A stretch of DNA of 26,016 bases from Candidatus Sumerlaeia bacterium (GTDB lineage: Bacteria; Sumerlaeota; Sumerlaeia; SLMS01). Location of the stretch: positions 1 through 26,016 of the forward strand of contig JBBQYG010000047.1 of the NCBI GenBank assembly GCA_038208905.1, written 5' to 3'. The translations under genes were made by a program, and so were the position numbers. The notes beneath the pieces were generated by a model. It was not told the origin of the DNA. It was given only the letters and a program-made list of their open reading frames with translations, and did no database searches. Below are positions 1 to 8,950 of the stretch, piece after piece. Position 1 is the first letter of the stretch. Every line of letters begins with the position of its first letter.

Positions 1-255
1 CCCAAGCGGCACACGGAGACTTGGATTCATGGCTTGTGCGCCACTGATGTCGATGAGGACTATGACTATAAACGCGACCCGGATCGCAGGGTAGCTGGCA
101 ACTCGGCAGCGCGCGATTTTGCGACAGAAAGTTTGTCTCGGCGAGCTGCCGAAGAATTGTACGCCCTTACGCGCCACAATGCCCCATCACCGCCCGCATC
201 CCTCCCATCCCTCGCGCGCGCGATTCCTGAACTGCGACGGCTCGAACTCGAATAG
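1..255 (+). CDS. 3' end of a hypothetical protein entering from the left edge; possibly a DUF4276/TOPRIM-like partner of an AAA/ABC ATPase
   Basis: Frame +1 is open from base 1 to TAG 253-255 (PKRHTETWIHGLCATDVDEDYDYK...LPSLARAIPELRRLELE*), so the ORF-track start at 34 is probably internal. The 'PKRxxETWI...VDE..DY...PSL...EL.RL' pattern recalls ATPase-associated hypothetical proteins (recollection, unverified). Confidence 0.55.
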   Translation, partial: PKRHTETWIHGLCATDVDEDYDYKRDPDRRVAGNSAARDFATESLSRRAAEELYALTRHNAPSPPASLPSLARAIPELRRLELE

Positions 256-489
256 CTAGCCCCGCCCCAGCACCTCGCTCCTCAACCACTCCCGCACACG
301 CTTGCCGATGATCGAGGTCATGTCGTGGCCGCCGACTAGGAGGGGAGGGCCGACGAGCTGGACCGAGTCGGTGGCCGGGTCGTAGAGGTAAGGGCGCTCC
401 ATGGCGGCGGCTACGATGCGGACGGTTAGGCGGAGTTTGGCGCCGTCCACTTCCTCCCGCGAGACGAGCACGAAGTCGGCGCCGTGCAT
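256..489 (-). CDS. small hypothetical protein (77 aa)
   Basis: ATG at 489-487 overlaps the folC TGA (TGATG, translational coupling). Globular-looking sequence MHGADFVLVSREEVDGAKLRLTVRIV...; its stop abuts the stop of the convergent + strand gene. Confidence 0.6.
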   Translation of the reverse strand: MHGADFVLVSREEVDGAKLRLTVRIVAAAMERPYLYDPATDSVQLVGPPLLVGGHDMTSIIGKRVREWLRSEVLGRG

Positions 490-1871
490 CAGGTGCCCGC
501 CTGCCACTGGCGGCGCAACGCACCGATGGTATAGAGCGTCCCCGCGGCAACGATGTGGCAGCCGGTGGCGCGGGCGTCGCGAAGGGCGTCCTCGGGGCTG
601 GCGGCGGAGGCGGCGGGGAATCCGGCCTGCTGGGCCACCCGGGCGAGGTCCGCCGGTTCGGCCCCGCGCGGGCCCGCGACGGGATAGGCGATGATCCCGG
701 CGATGGTCTCTGGCGGGACGCGGGAGAGGAGCGACACGAGGAATTCGCGGTGCTGCTTATCGCGCTGCATGGCAAAGAGCAGGACGAATTGGCCGCCGCG
801 TCGCGCGGGAAAGAGGCCGCGCAGCTCGGTTCCCAGGGCGGCGGCGCTGAGGGGGCAGTGGGCGCCGTCCAGCACGAGCATCCGGCCCGCGGCGTCGCGG
901 TGAATCTCCAGTCGGCCGGGCCAGTTGGCGCGGGCGAGTCCCGCCGCCATTGTCTCGGCAGAGGGGCGAATTCCCGCCGCCTGGGCGGCATACCATGCGG
1001 AGGCGATCGCAGCCTCCACATTGGCGCGCTGGAACTGGCCGCGAAGGGGGAGCGCGGCGTCGTGCTGGGAGCCATCGGGAAAACGGATGCGCAGGCGCTG
1101 GCCTTCGTCCGTCGGCGTTGAATGCAGGACGGGATTGTGATCCCACGCGCGGACGACGGGGGCGCCGACCTCCTGAGCGCGGGCGAGCAGCACCGGCAGG
1201 ACGCGGGCCTCGTGCTCCGGAGCCTGACGCGAAATCACCACGGGGACGCCCGGCTTGATGATACCGGCTTTTTCGCGGGCGATTTCCTCGATGGTCTCGC
1301 CCAGGATCTTCATGTGGTCCATCCCGATGGCGGTAATTGTGGTGACGGCTGGATCGACGACGTTGGTGCAATCAAGCCGCCCACCCAGACCCGTTTCCCA
1401 GACCACCACGGCAGGGCGCTGATCGCCAGAGGCCCTGCGACGCGCCGCGATGGCGCGGAATTCCACCAGCGCCAGGGCCGTAAGCGTCTCGAAAACCGTG
1501 CGGAATCGGTGCGGCGTGTCGAGCCCGTGGCGCTGTTCGGGGCCGAGGGAGGAATAGAACGCCTGAAGGCGATCCTTGAACTCCTCGAAGTCCCATGGAA
1601 CGCCGTCCACGCGAAACCGCTCGCCAAAATGCTCAAGATGAGGACTCGAGTACATACATGTGGCAATTCCCGCGCCGCCGAGAAGCGCCTCTGACAGGGC
1701 CGCCGTGGAACCCTTCCCCTTGGTTCCGGCAATGTGGAGGAATACTTGCCCGGCCTGAGGGGTGCCAAGGCTCTCAAGCCAGGCCCGGAAGCGGTCCAGA
1801 TTATAGGATTCCGTGCCGTAGGGGACGGCAGAGGGGTTCTTTTCGAGGTCGAGGAGGAGGTCGAGAATCAT
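489..1871 (-). CDS. folC: bifunctional folylpolyglutamate synthase/dihydrofolate synthase (~460 aa)
   Basis: Motifs HIAGTKGKGST (P-loop), YSSPHL, ETGLGGRLDCTN, DHMKILG, WPGRLE, LDGAH, GTLY. Start placed at ATG 1871 (MILDLLLDLEK); the ORF-track extension to 2201 is low-complexity and overlaps the divergent gene. Confidence 0.93.
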   Translation of the reverse strand: MILDLLLDLEKNPSAVPYGTESYNLDRFRAWLESLGTPQAGQVFLHIAGTKGKGSTAALSEALLGGAGIATCMYSSPHLEHFGERFRVDGVPWDFEEFKDRLQAFYSSLGPEQRHGLDTPHRFRTVFETLTALALVEFRAIAARRRASGDQRPAVVVWETGLGGRLDCTNVVDPAVTTITAIGMDHMKILGETIEEIAREKAGIIKPGVPVVISRQAPEHEARVLPVLLARAQEVGAPVVRAWDHNPVLHSTPTDEGQRLRIRFPDGSQHDAALPLRGQFQRANVEAAIASAWYAAQAAGIRPSAETMAAGLARANWPGRLEIHRDAAGRMLVLDGAHCPLSAAALGTELRGLFPARRGGQFVLLFAMQRDKQHREFLVSLLSRVPPETIAGIIAYPVAGPRGAEPADLARVAQQAGFPAASAASPEDALRDARATGCHIVAAGTLYTIGALRRQWQAGT

Positions 1872-2089
1872 AAAATGCCGCGCGTTGGTAGGTGTTTCCG
1901 GTCCGGAGACTTCGCGAAGGGCGCCCGGCGCGCAAGCGCAAGCGAGCGGGGGAGGCGGTCGCACAAGGCAGGAATCGCCTTTGGAACGCTTGTTTTCGGT
2001 TGTCTGGCGGGGGGAAGGGGGATAGCTTGCCGGGGTTAATTGAATCCGTTCCGGTCCTGAAGAGGGCCGAATTCCGACCCGAGGGCCAC

Positions 2090-3952
2090 ATGGCCTTGGA
2101 GGCTCGATTGGGAATCCAGCAGGTGCTCCACAACCCCGACCGCGGTGGCCTCGGCGGGGGTGCTCGTCCAGACCGGGAGGATGATCCGCTCCCCCCACCA
2201 CCGGGTGACGCTATACCGGGATACCCCGAGGAATATGTGGCCCCCGACGAGGGGTATCACGACCCCAACGCGGTGTATGACCCGAATGCGCCCCAGGAAT
2301 ACTATGCCCACGATCCCGCCTATGGGCAGGAGCAGGCTGGCTATGACCCCAATGCCCCGCAATACGACGAGGGCTATTACGGCGGCGAGCAGCAGGGGCA
2401 GTATGATCCGCAGGCCTATCAGGAAGCCTATGGCGAGGCGCCCCAGGATGTTCAAGGGCATGGCTACGAAGCGCCAGCTTCCAGACAGGACGCCGCGCCG
2501 TCATCCCATCGTTTCGTCGTCGGAGCCGGATACGGCCCGGAGGACATGGGGCAGGAGACCCCCCATGTTCAGGCCACTTCTGGCGGCAGGCCCGTTAATC
2601 CTTCAGACCCCGACAGCCCAATCACCCAGTCGCCAACGATCGGAAGCGATCCCAGCGCCCAGCAGTTGAGCGTTGGCCCGCGCAAGGTTGAAAGCGCGGA
2701 GCCGATGCCGCCGCCGCCCGCCCTGGATGAGGGAGTGCCGATGGTTGGCCTTCAGGACTACAAGGTTCCCACGGTCGCCGATCTGGCGCGCGGTGGAATC
2801 GGCGTTCCCCCACTGTCGCTGCCCCCGATGCCGGACAGCGAAACGATCGCGGAGGGCCCGTCGGAAGTCCGACCCAACTATGCGACGCAGTCCTATGGCG
2901 ACATGGGCGGCCCGGCAATTGACGAGGACGGGAACCCGCGCTTTATCCCGCAGATTCCCGTAATCTCCGAGGAGGCGGGCGTTCCCGGACGCCGCGTGTG
3001 TGGCGTCTCGTGGCTTATCTTCGCCGCTCTGTTTGGATTCGTTGCCTCCCTTTCCGGTGAGTTCAGCCCGGCTACGGTTTTTCTCGCTCCCATGGTGATC
3101 GGGGCATTCCTGCTGCTTTATGGCGCAAGCTGGGGCGGTGGTCTGGGTATCTTCCTCTCGGTGATCTATTTCGCGGCGTTCTCGGGCATCGGCTACACGA
3201 TCGCCTATACGCCCGACAAAGTGGACAATCTGCTGGGCGTGTCGTTGTTTCCGCCTCAGGTGGGTTTTGCATTCATGGGGATCGCATGGACATTCGTGAT
3301 TTCCGCGATTCTCATGCTCGTCAAGGCCCCGGGAATGGGTCGCGCCGTGCTGGGCGCCTTCGTCCTGCTGATGCCCCTCATCGGCGGCACGGTGTGGATC
3401 AACGCGACGACCGATCAGTTCACACCCAAATTGGCCAGCCCCACCGAGACCGCCGAGGCGGCTCAGCAGGGCTCCACTCTGGAAGGATTCTTCTTCACGA
3501 AGCCCGCGGGCTGGGTCTCCTATGAATGGAACCGTGTGATGGAGCTTTCGTCCCTCGCCACGCAGTTGAAGAAGCGGCCCAACTACTACTACTTCAACCC
3601 AACGCAGGCAAAGATGGTGTCGTTCTATCTCGACGATATCCCGCCTAGGACGATCGCCACGCTGCTGGGCCAATACAAACCATCCCTCATGGAGGAGACG
3701 CTGATCCGCGGCCTTCCCGCCGTTGGCCGTCCCAGCGCCTACAAGGTGGGCGGCGCCGACTTCACCGAGCGTTCCTATGAGGGGCAGCTTGGCCCCGCGC
3801 GCCTGCATCTGACCATCGCCAAGGCGGAAATTGGCGAAAAGGTGCTATTGGTGGTTCTGACGCAGAACGTCAAGAACGCCCTTACCGAGGTCAAGGACGC
3901 GGAAGACCCCCTTAACGCGTTCATGAGCGAACTTCGCATCGGCTCAAACTGA
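2090..3952 (+). CDS. integral membrane protein (~620 aa): long Y/D/P/Q-rich disordered N-terminus, about 5 TM helices, C-terminal soluble domain
   Basis: ATG 2090 with GAGGG upstream; YDPNA-like repeats; five hydrophobic segments (SWLIFAALFGFV to AVLGAFVLLMPLIGG); followed by a terminator. The start is uncertain. Confidence 0.8.
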   Translation: MALEARLGIQQVLHNPDRGGLGGGARPDREDDPLPPPPGDAIPGYPEEYVAPDEGYHDPNAVYDPNAPQEYYAHDPAYGQEQAGYDPNAPQYDEGYYGGEQQGQYDPQAYQEAYGEAPQDVQGHGYEAPASRQDAAPSSHRFVVGAGYGPEDMGQETPHVQATSGGRPVNPSDPDSPITQSPTIGSDPSAQQLSVGPRKVESAEPMPPPPALDEGVPMVGLQDYKVPTVADLARGGIGVPPLSLPPMPDSETIAEGPSEVRPNYATQSYGDMGGPAIDEDGNPRFIPQIPVISEEAGVPGRRVCGVSWLIFAALFGFVASLSGEFSPATVFLAPMVIGAFLLLYGASWGGGLGIFLSVIYFAAFSGIGYTIAYTPDKVDNLLGVSLFPPQVGFAFMGIAWTFVISAILMLVKAPGMGRAVLGAFVLLMPLIGGTVWINATTDQFTPKLASPTETAEAAQQGSTLEGFFFTKPAGWVSYEWNRVMELSSLATQLKKRPNYYYFNPTQAKMVSFYLDDIPPRTIATLLGQYKPSLMEETLIRGLPAVGRPSAYKVGGADFTERSYEGQLGPARLHLTIAKAEIGEKVLLVVLTQNVKNALTEVKDAEDPLNAFMSELRIGSN

Positions 3953-3982
3953 CGCCGCCGCGAACTCCCGTTGCACGACAAG

Positions 3983-4018
3983 CCCCCGCGGAAACAGCCT
4001 TGTTTCCGCGGGGGTTTT
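3983..4018 (+). terminator. intrinsic terminator
   Basis: 14-bp perfect stem CCCCCGCGGAAACA / TGTTTCCGCGGGGG, loop GCCT, followed by TTTTCCTTT, 30 nt after the stop at 3952. Confidence 0.8.
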
Positions 4019-4059
4019 CCTTTCCGCCTTCATACCGCCGGAGACCAGCAGCCAGCGCC

Positions 4060-5241
<1,182 letters not shown>

Positions 5242-5251
5242 GCCATTCCCC

Positions 5252-6019
5252 ATGGCGGGCGCCGACCTGAAACACCGCATCAAGGGCCTGTTTCCCGAGA
5301 GCGCCCACCTGATGATGGATGTCGCGTTTGCGCGCGCGACGTGGCCGATCTACGCGGGCTCGCGGCGCCACTGCCCCGTGTGTGGCGGGAACTTCCGCAG
5401 GTTCCTCCCCCACTTCGGCATTCGGGAGCAGGCGCGTTGCCCGCGCTGCCGATCCTATGAACGGCATCGCCTGCTCTGGCTCTACCTGAGGGAGCGCACC
5501 AACATCCTCAAGGACAAGCTGCGCGTGCTGCACCTCGCGCCGGAGTACGTGCTCCAGAAGAAGCTCCGTCCGCTCCCGAATCTTGTCTATACAAGCGCCG
5601 ATCTTTACTCGCCCATCGCGATGGTCCGCGCGGACATCACCAAGATGCAGTTCGCCGATGCGTCGTTCGACGTGGTGCTCTGCTATCACGTTCTGGAGCA
5701 CATCCCCGACGACCGCGCGGCGATGGCGGAGATGTTCCGCGTCATGGCGCCCGGCGGATGGGCCATCATTCAAGTGCCAATGGGAACGCGCCCCACGACG
5801 CACGAGGACATCACCATCACCGATCCGAAGGAACGCCAGCGCCTGTTTGGCCAGGAGGACCACGTCCGCGCCTACGGCCTCGACTACAAGGATCGGCTGG
5901 AGGCCGCGGGCTTTGCCGTCGAGGTGGACGACTACGTGCGCAAGATGCCGAAGGACGAAGTCGAGCGCATGGGCCTGCTGGCCGACGAGGATATCTATCT
6001 CTGCCGGAAGGCGCATTGA
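5252..6019 (+). CDS. class I SAM-dependent methyltransferase (type 11-like) with an N-terminal Zn-ribbon (255 aa)
   Basis: CPVC...CPRCRSYERHR, VLHLAPE, ADITKMQFADASFDVVLCYHVLEHIPDD, FRVMAPGG, GQEDHVR. ATG 5252 lies 10 nt after the rlmN stop. Confidence 0.88.
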   Translation: MAGADLKHRIKGLFPESAHLMMDVAFARATWPIYAGSRRHCPVCGGNFRRFLPHFGIREQARCPRCRSYERHRLLWLYLRERTNILKDKLRVLHLAPEYVLQKKLRPLPNLVYTSADLYSPIAMVRADITKMQFADASFDVVLCYHVLEHIPDDRAAMAEMFRVMAPGGWAIIQVPMGTRPTTHEDITITDPKERQRLFGQEDHVRAYGLDYKDRLEAAGFAVEVDDYVRKMPKDEVERMGLLADEDIYLCRKAH

Positions 6020-6020
6020 A

Positions 6021-6224
6021 GGCATTAACCACGGGGTACACGGAGAGCACGGAGGCACTCCGGAGCGGCGTGTAGATGTCTATACAGTCGGACTCCGGCA
6101 TGGTGGGAGAAAGCGCGATGAACTTCGCCTATCCAATGCCTCCATCCACCAATATGCTCGATATACAACCGGTCACCCCAGGCGCCGTTTCTCGGTTTCC
6201 TCTGTGCGCTCAGTGGTGAATGCC
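6021..6224. repeat. REP/MITE-like element bounded by ~34-bp imperfect inverted repeats with 9-bp CAC(G/A)GAG periodicity
   Basis: Left arm GGCATTAACCACGGGGTACACGGAGAGCACGGAG (6021-6054); the reverse complement of the right arm (6191-6224) is GGCATTCACCACTGAGCGCACAGAGGAAACCGAG. Lies between convergent genes and is followed by a T-rich tract (6226-6240). Confidence 0.7.
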
Positions 6225-6257
6225 GTTCTCTTTTTTTCTCTCCCCCGCTTGGATGCA

Positions 6258-8036
6258 TCACACCGCGACGGCGGGTTCTTCTCCGCCGACCTCCGCCTCG
6301 CGCGGCGGACCGCCGATCATCGTGCGCCAGGTGATCAGGGCCTCCACGATCAGCCAGCCCGACAGCACGATGAGCGACACCGTGATCGCGAACTGCATGT
6401 GGGCAAAGGGCTCGATGGCGTCGGTTCCGCGCAGGCGTTTCACGTAGGGACCGATGTTCAGGAAGAGGCTCCACAGCGTCATGAACATCATGAACACCGT
6501 GGGGAAGAACGTGATCCACCACGCCATGCGCTTGCGCGCGAGCCACACCGTGAGGGCGAGCAGCGAGAGCGCCGCGAGCAGTTGGTTGCTGCTGCCGAAG
6601 ATCCCCCAGAACACCTGCCACAAGGGCATCGGCTTTCCCGCCACAACGACCGGCGGAACCAGCAGCACCATCGCCGGCAGAGCCAGCGTGATCAGCGTGG
6701 CCGCGATGGCCTGGGGGCGCGTGGTCCAACGCAGGGCCTCCATCAGCACATAGCGCGCGAGCCGCGTGCAGGCGTCCAGCGTATCGAAGACGAACGTAGC
6801 AAAGCAGAGCAGCGCAAACTGGTAGAAGAGCGCGTAGAACTGGTCGTTGGACAGCTCGCCCACCACCGGCGAAAACACCGAAACGATCCCGCGCGCAAAG
6901 GTCGCGATTCCGCCCGCATAGAGCGAGGGCGGCGCCCCCGCGGGGTTGGCCAGGATCATCACCGTGGCCAACGTGATGCAGGCGAAGAACGACTCCAGCA
7001 GCATGGAACCGTAGGCGACCGGCACGGCGTCGGTTTCCTTATCGAGCTGCTTGCTGGTGGTGCCGCTGGCGATGATGCTGTGAAAGCCCGAGCATGCGCC
7101 GCACGCCACCGTGATGAACAGGATCGGAAAGAGAGGCGCGCCCGCGGCCGATTCCCAGCCCTTGAAGAACGGAAGCTGGATCGGCTGCCCACCCACCACG
7201 GCGCCCACCGCCACGCCGACCACAACCACGATCATCACGAAGTAGAGGAAGTAGCCGCCGAGTTCTCCCCTCGGCTGGAGCAGCAGCCAAACCGGCGACA
7301 GCGCCGCGAAGAAGCAATACGCCAGCAGGATGAATCCCCACGCGACCTGGGCCTTGCCATCGAAGAGCGGGCCAAGATCGAGGGGAATCCACGATCCCGC
7401 AACAATTGCCAACAGCACCAGCGGCAGATAGATCAGCTTGGCCTTCAACGGCGACATCCCCGCAAACCGCAACGTCGCGCCCATCGCCAGCGCCAGTCCA
7501 AGGTAGAGAAGCGACGACGACGCCACGGCGGGCCCCGGTGCGTCGCCGCCCTCAACCGATGCCTTTGCGACGAACGTCGCCGCCGTCACGTCGGTGAACG
7601 CGATAATGACGTACACCAATGCGAGCCACACGAAGACGAGGAAAAGCAGATGAGCGCGCGGGTTCATGTGCTGGCGGACAATCTCGGCGATGGTGCGCCC
7701 GCCGTGGCGGACGCTTCCAACAAGCGCCGCGAAATCGTGAATGCCGCCGATCAGGATTCCGCCCACGATGATCCAGATCCAGGCCGGTCCCCACCCGAAA
7801 TAGATCGCCGCCAGAATCGGCCCCACCACCGGACCCGCCGCGGCGATGGCGGAGAGGTGCTGGGGAAGCAGATACGCCGTCCGCGCGGGCTCGAAATCCA
7901 ACCCGTCGCGATGGCGATGGGCGGGCGTCTGGGCGCCGGCATCCAGCGCAAACTTCCTCGCCAAAAAACGACCGATCAGCCGGTAGGCCACCAGCAGCAC
8001 AGTGGATGAAACAGCGAGAAAGGCCAGCAGCCCCAT
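6258..8036 (-). CDS. cstA: carbon starvation protein A family peptide/pyruvate transporter
   Basis: TPAHRHRDGLDFEP, HLSAIAAAGPVVGPILA, GWGPAWIWI, GGIHDF, PVWLLLQPR, PILFITVACGACSGFHS, YGSMLLES, FGSSNQLLAAL; many TM helices. Confidence 0.93.
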   Translation of the reverse strand: MGLLAFLAVSSTVLLVAYRLIGRFLARKFALDAGAQTPAHRHRDGLDFEPARTAYLLPQHLSAIAAAGPVVGPILAAIYFGWGPAWIWIIVGGILIGGIHDFAALVGSVRHGGRTIAEIVRQHMNPRAHLLFLVFVWLALVYVIIAFTDVTAATFVAKASVEGGDAPGPAVASSSLLYLGLALAMGATLRFAGMSPLKAKLIYLPLVLLAIVAGSWIPLDLGPLFDGKAQVAWGFILLAYCFFAALSPVWLLLQPRGELGGYFLYFVMIVVVVGVAVGAVVGGQPIQLPFFKGWESAAGAPLFPILFITVACGACSGFHSIIASGTTSKQLDKETDAVPVAYGSMLLESFFACITLATVMILANPAGAPPSLYAGGIATFARGIVSVFSPVVGELSNDQFYALFYQFALLCFATFVFDTLDACTRLARYVLMEALRWTTRPQAIAATLITLALPAMVLLVPPVVVAGKPMPLWQVFWGIFGSSNQLLAALSLLALTVWLARKRMAWWITFFPTVFMMFMTLWSLFLNIGPYVKRLRGTDAIEPFAHMQFAITVSLIVLSGWLIVEALITWRTMIGGPPREAEVGGEEPAVAV

Positions 8037-8129
8037 GGGGTGAGCATCTCCGGAAGCAATCCCGTCATGTCTGCCGGCTGGAGCGGGAATGGCAAGGGGG
8101 ATGAGGGGGGTGGGGCCTATCCCATGGCC

Positions 8130-8557
8130 CTATTGCTTGCTCCCGGGGTGCGGCTTTGTCGCCTTGGGTGGAGCGGGGAAATCGGAGGGAGGAGGGCTGG
8201 ACAACTTGATGCGCTCGTAGGCGCCCCGCTTCCGATCCTCGGGATGCTGCTCGACCGCCAACACGGTGATGTCCCCCTTGGCAGGCCATGCGCCTAAAAC
8301 AGCCGCCCTGCGGCGGGCGTCTTGTTCTCCAGGTGGGATTGAAAGATCGTCCGCTTGTGCTTGCGGGTCAGATCGTCGATTTCGTGCGAGGCCAAGCTGG
8401 GGTGCCGGGGATTCTCCTGCAAGAGAGTAAGCGCCTTGACCAGTTTCTTGAAGTACTTTACCTCGTCCCGGTCCAGGTCCCCTCGCTGGTGGCGGCTGCG
8501 CAGGCCGCTCCAGACGGCGTCCATCTCAGGCATGCCCATGCGGATTCTGGAGGCCAA
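8130..8557 (-). pseudogene. disrupted putative type II toxin (RelE/ParE-superfamily-like); premature stop plus 1-nt deletion; ~142 aa when repaired
   Basis: The ORF ends at TAG 8296-8294 (AGRLF*). Reading it as TGG and restoring one base near 8284 gives AGRLF[W]AHG[P]AKGDITVLAVEQHPEDRKRGAYERIKLS...KQ* (stop 8132-8130). It lies 6 nt downstream of the antitoxin-like gene. Confidence 0.7.
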
Positions 8558-8563
8558 GGGGGA

Positions 8564-8860
8564 TCAGTCCTCGGCAAGTGCCGAGAGGTCGATGGGCGCC
8601 GAGGCACGCCCCTTCTTGAGGTTCGCGGACGACCTCGCCAGCATCTTGAGCGTGCGGACGGAGACGGCCGCGGGCGGCACCAACACTCGGGGCTCCAACA
8701 GGTAGCTTCCGTCGGAAAGCATCCTGACATGGTAATACTTCGCTTTGGCGCCCCGCAGGCTGATCCGCTTCTTCGCATCGACCACCACGTCGTACGCCGT
8801 CTCCAAGGTAGGGGCGGACTTCTTGGTGCTTCTGCGTGGCTGAAGCTTTACGATTTTCAT
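8564..8860 (-). CDS. AbrB/MazE/SpoVT-like DNA-binding protein, putative antitoxin (98 aa)
   Basis: VVDAKKRISL...YYHVRMLSDGSYLLEP fits the AbrB swapped-hairpin pattern; small, basic, directly upstream of the putative toxin. Confidence 0.7.
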   Translation of the reverse strand: MKIVKLQPRRSTKKSAPTLETAYDVVVDAKKRISLRGAKAKYYHVRMLSDGSYLLEPRVLVPPAAVSVRTLKMLARSSANLKKGRASAPIDLSALAED

Positions 8861-8872
8861 GAGGAGAGAGTG

Positions 8873-8886
8873 GTGGGATATCCCAC
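8873..8886. promoter_or_regulatory. perfect 14-bp palindrome, likely autoregulatory operator of the TA pair
   Basis: GTGGGATATCCCAC, 12 nt upstream of ATG 8860, between a minus-strand TTGAAG (-35-like) and CACTCT (weak -10-like). Confidence 0.6.
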
Positions 8887-8950
8887 TATCCTTCAACGGG
8901 ATTTCCGACGCCCGTGGCGCTGCGCCGCGCCGTCAACACCCTGCCCCACC

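Noticed and set aside
1872..2201. N-terminal extensions of folC (to 2201) and of the membrane protein (from 1892)
   Set aside because: They overlap each other, are low-complexity, and cover what looks like a divergent promoter region.
2250..2430. CRISPR or DNA tandem array in the TATGACCC-like repeats
   Set aside because: The repeats are short, in-frame and vary at synonymous positions, so they are peptide repeats.
5583..8009. 808-aa + strand ORF
   Set aside because: Antisense shadow of cstA in GC-rich DNA; R/H/Q-rich with no motifs, and it runs through the repeat element.
8294..8296. TAG readthrough (pyrrolysine or recoding) in the toxin gene
   Set aside because: A frameshift follows within about 10 nt and other genes here end in TAG, so decay is the simpler explanation.
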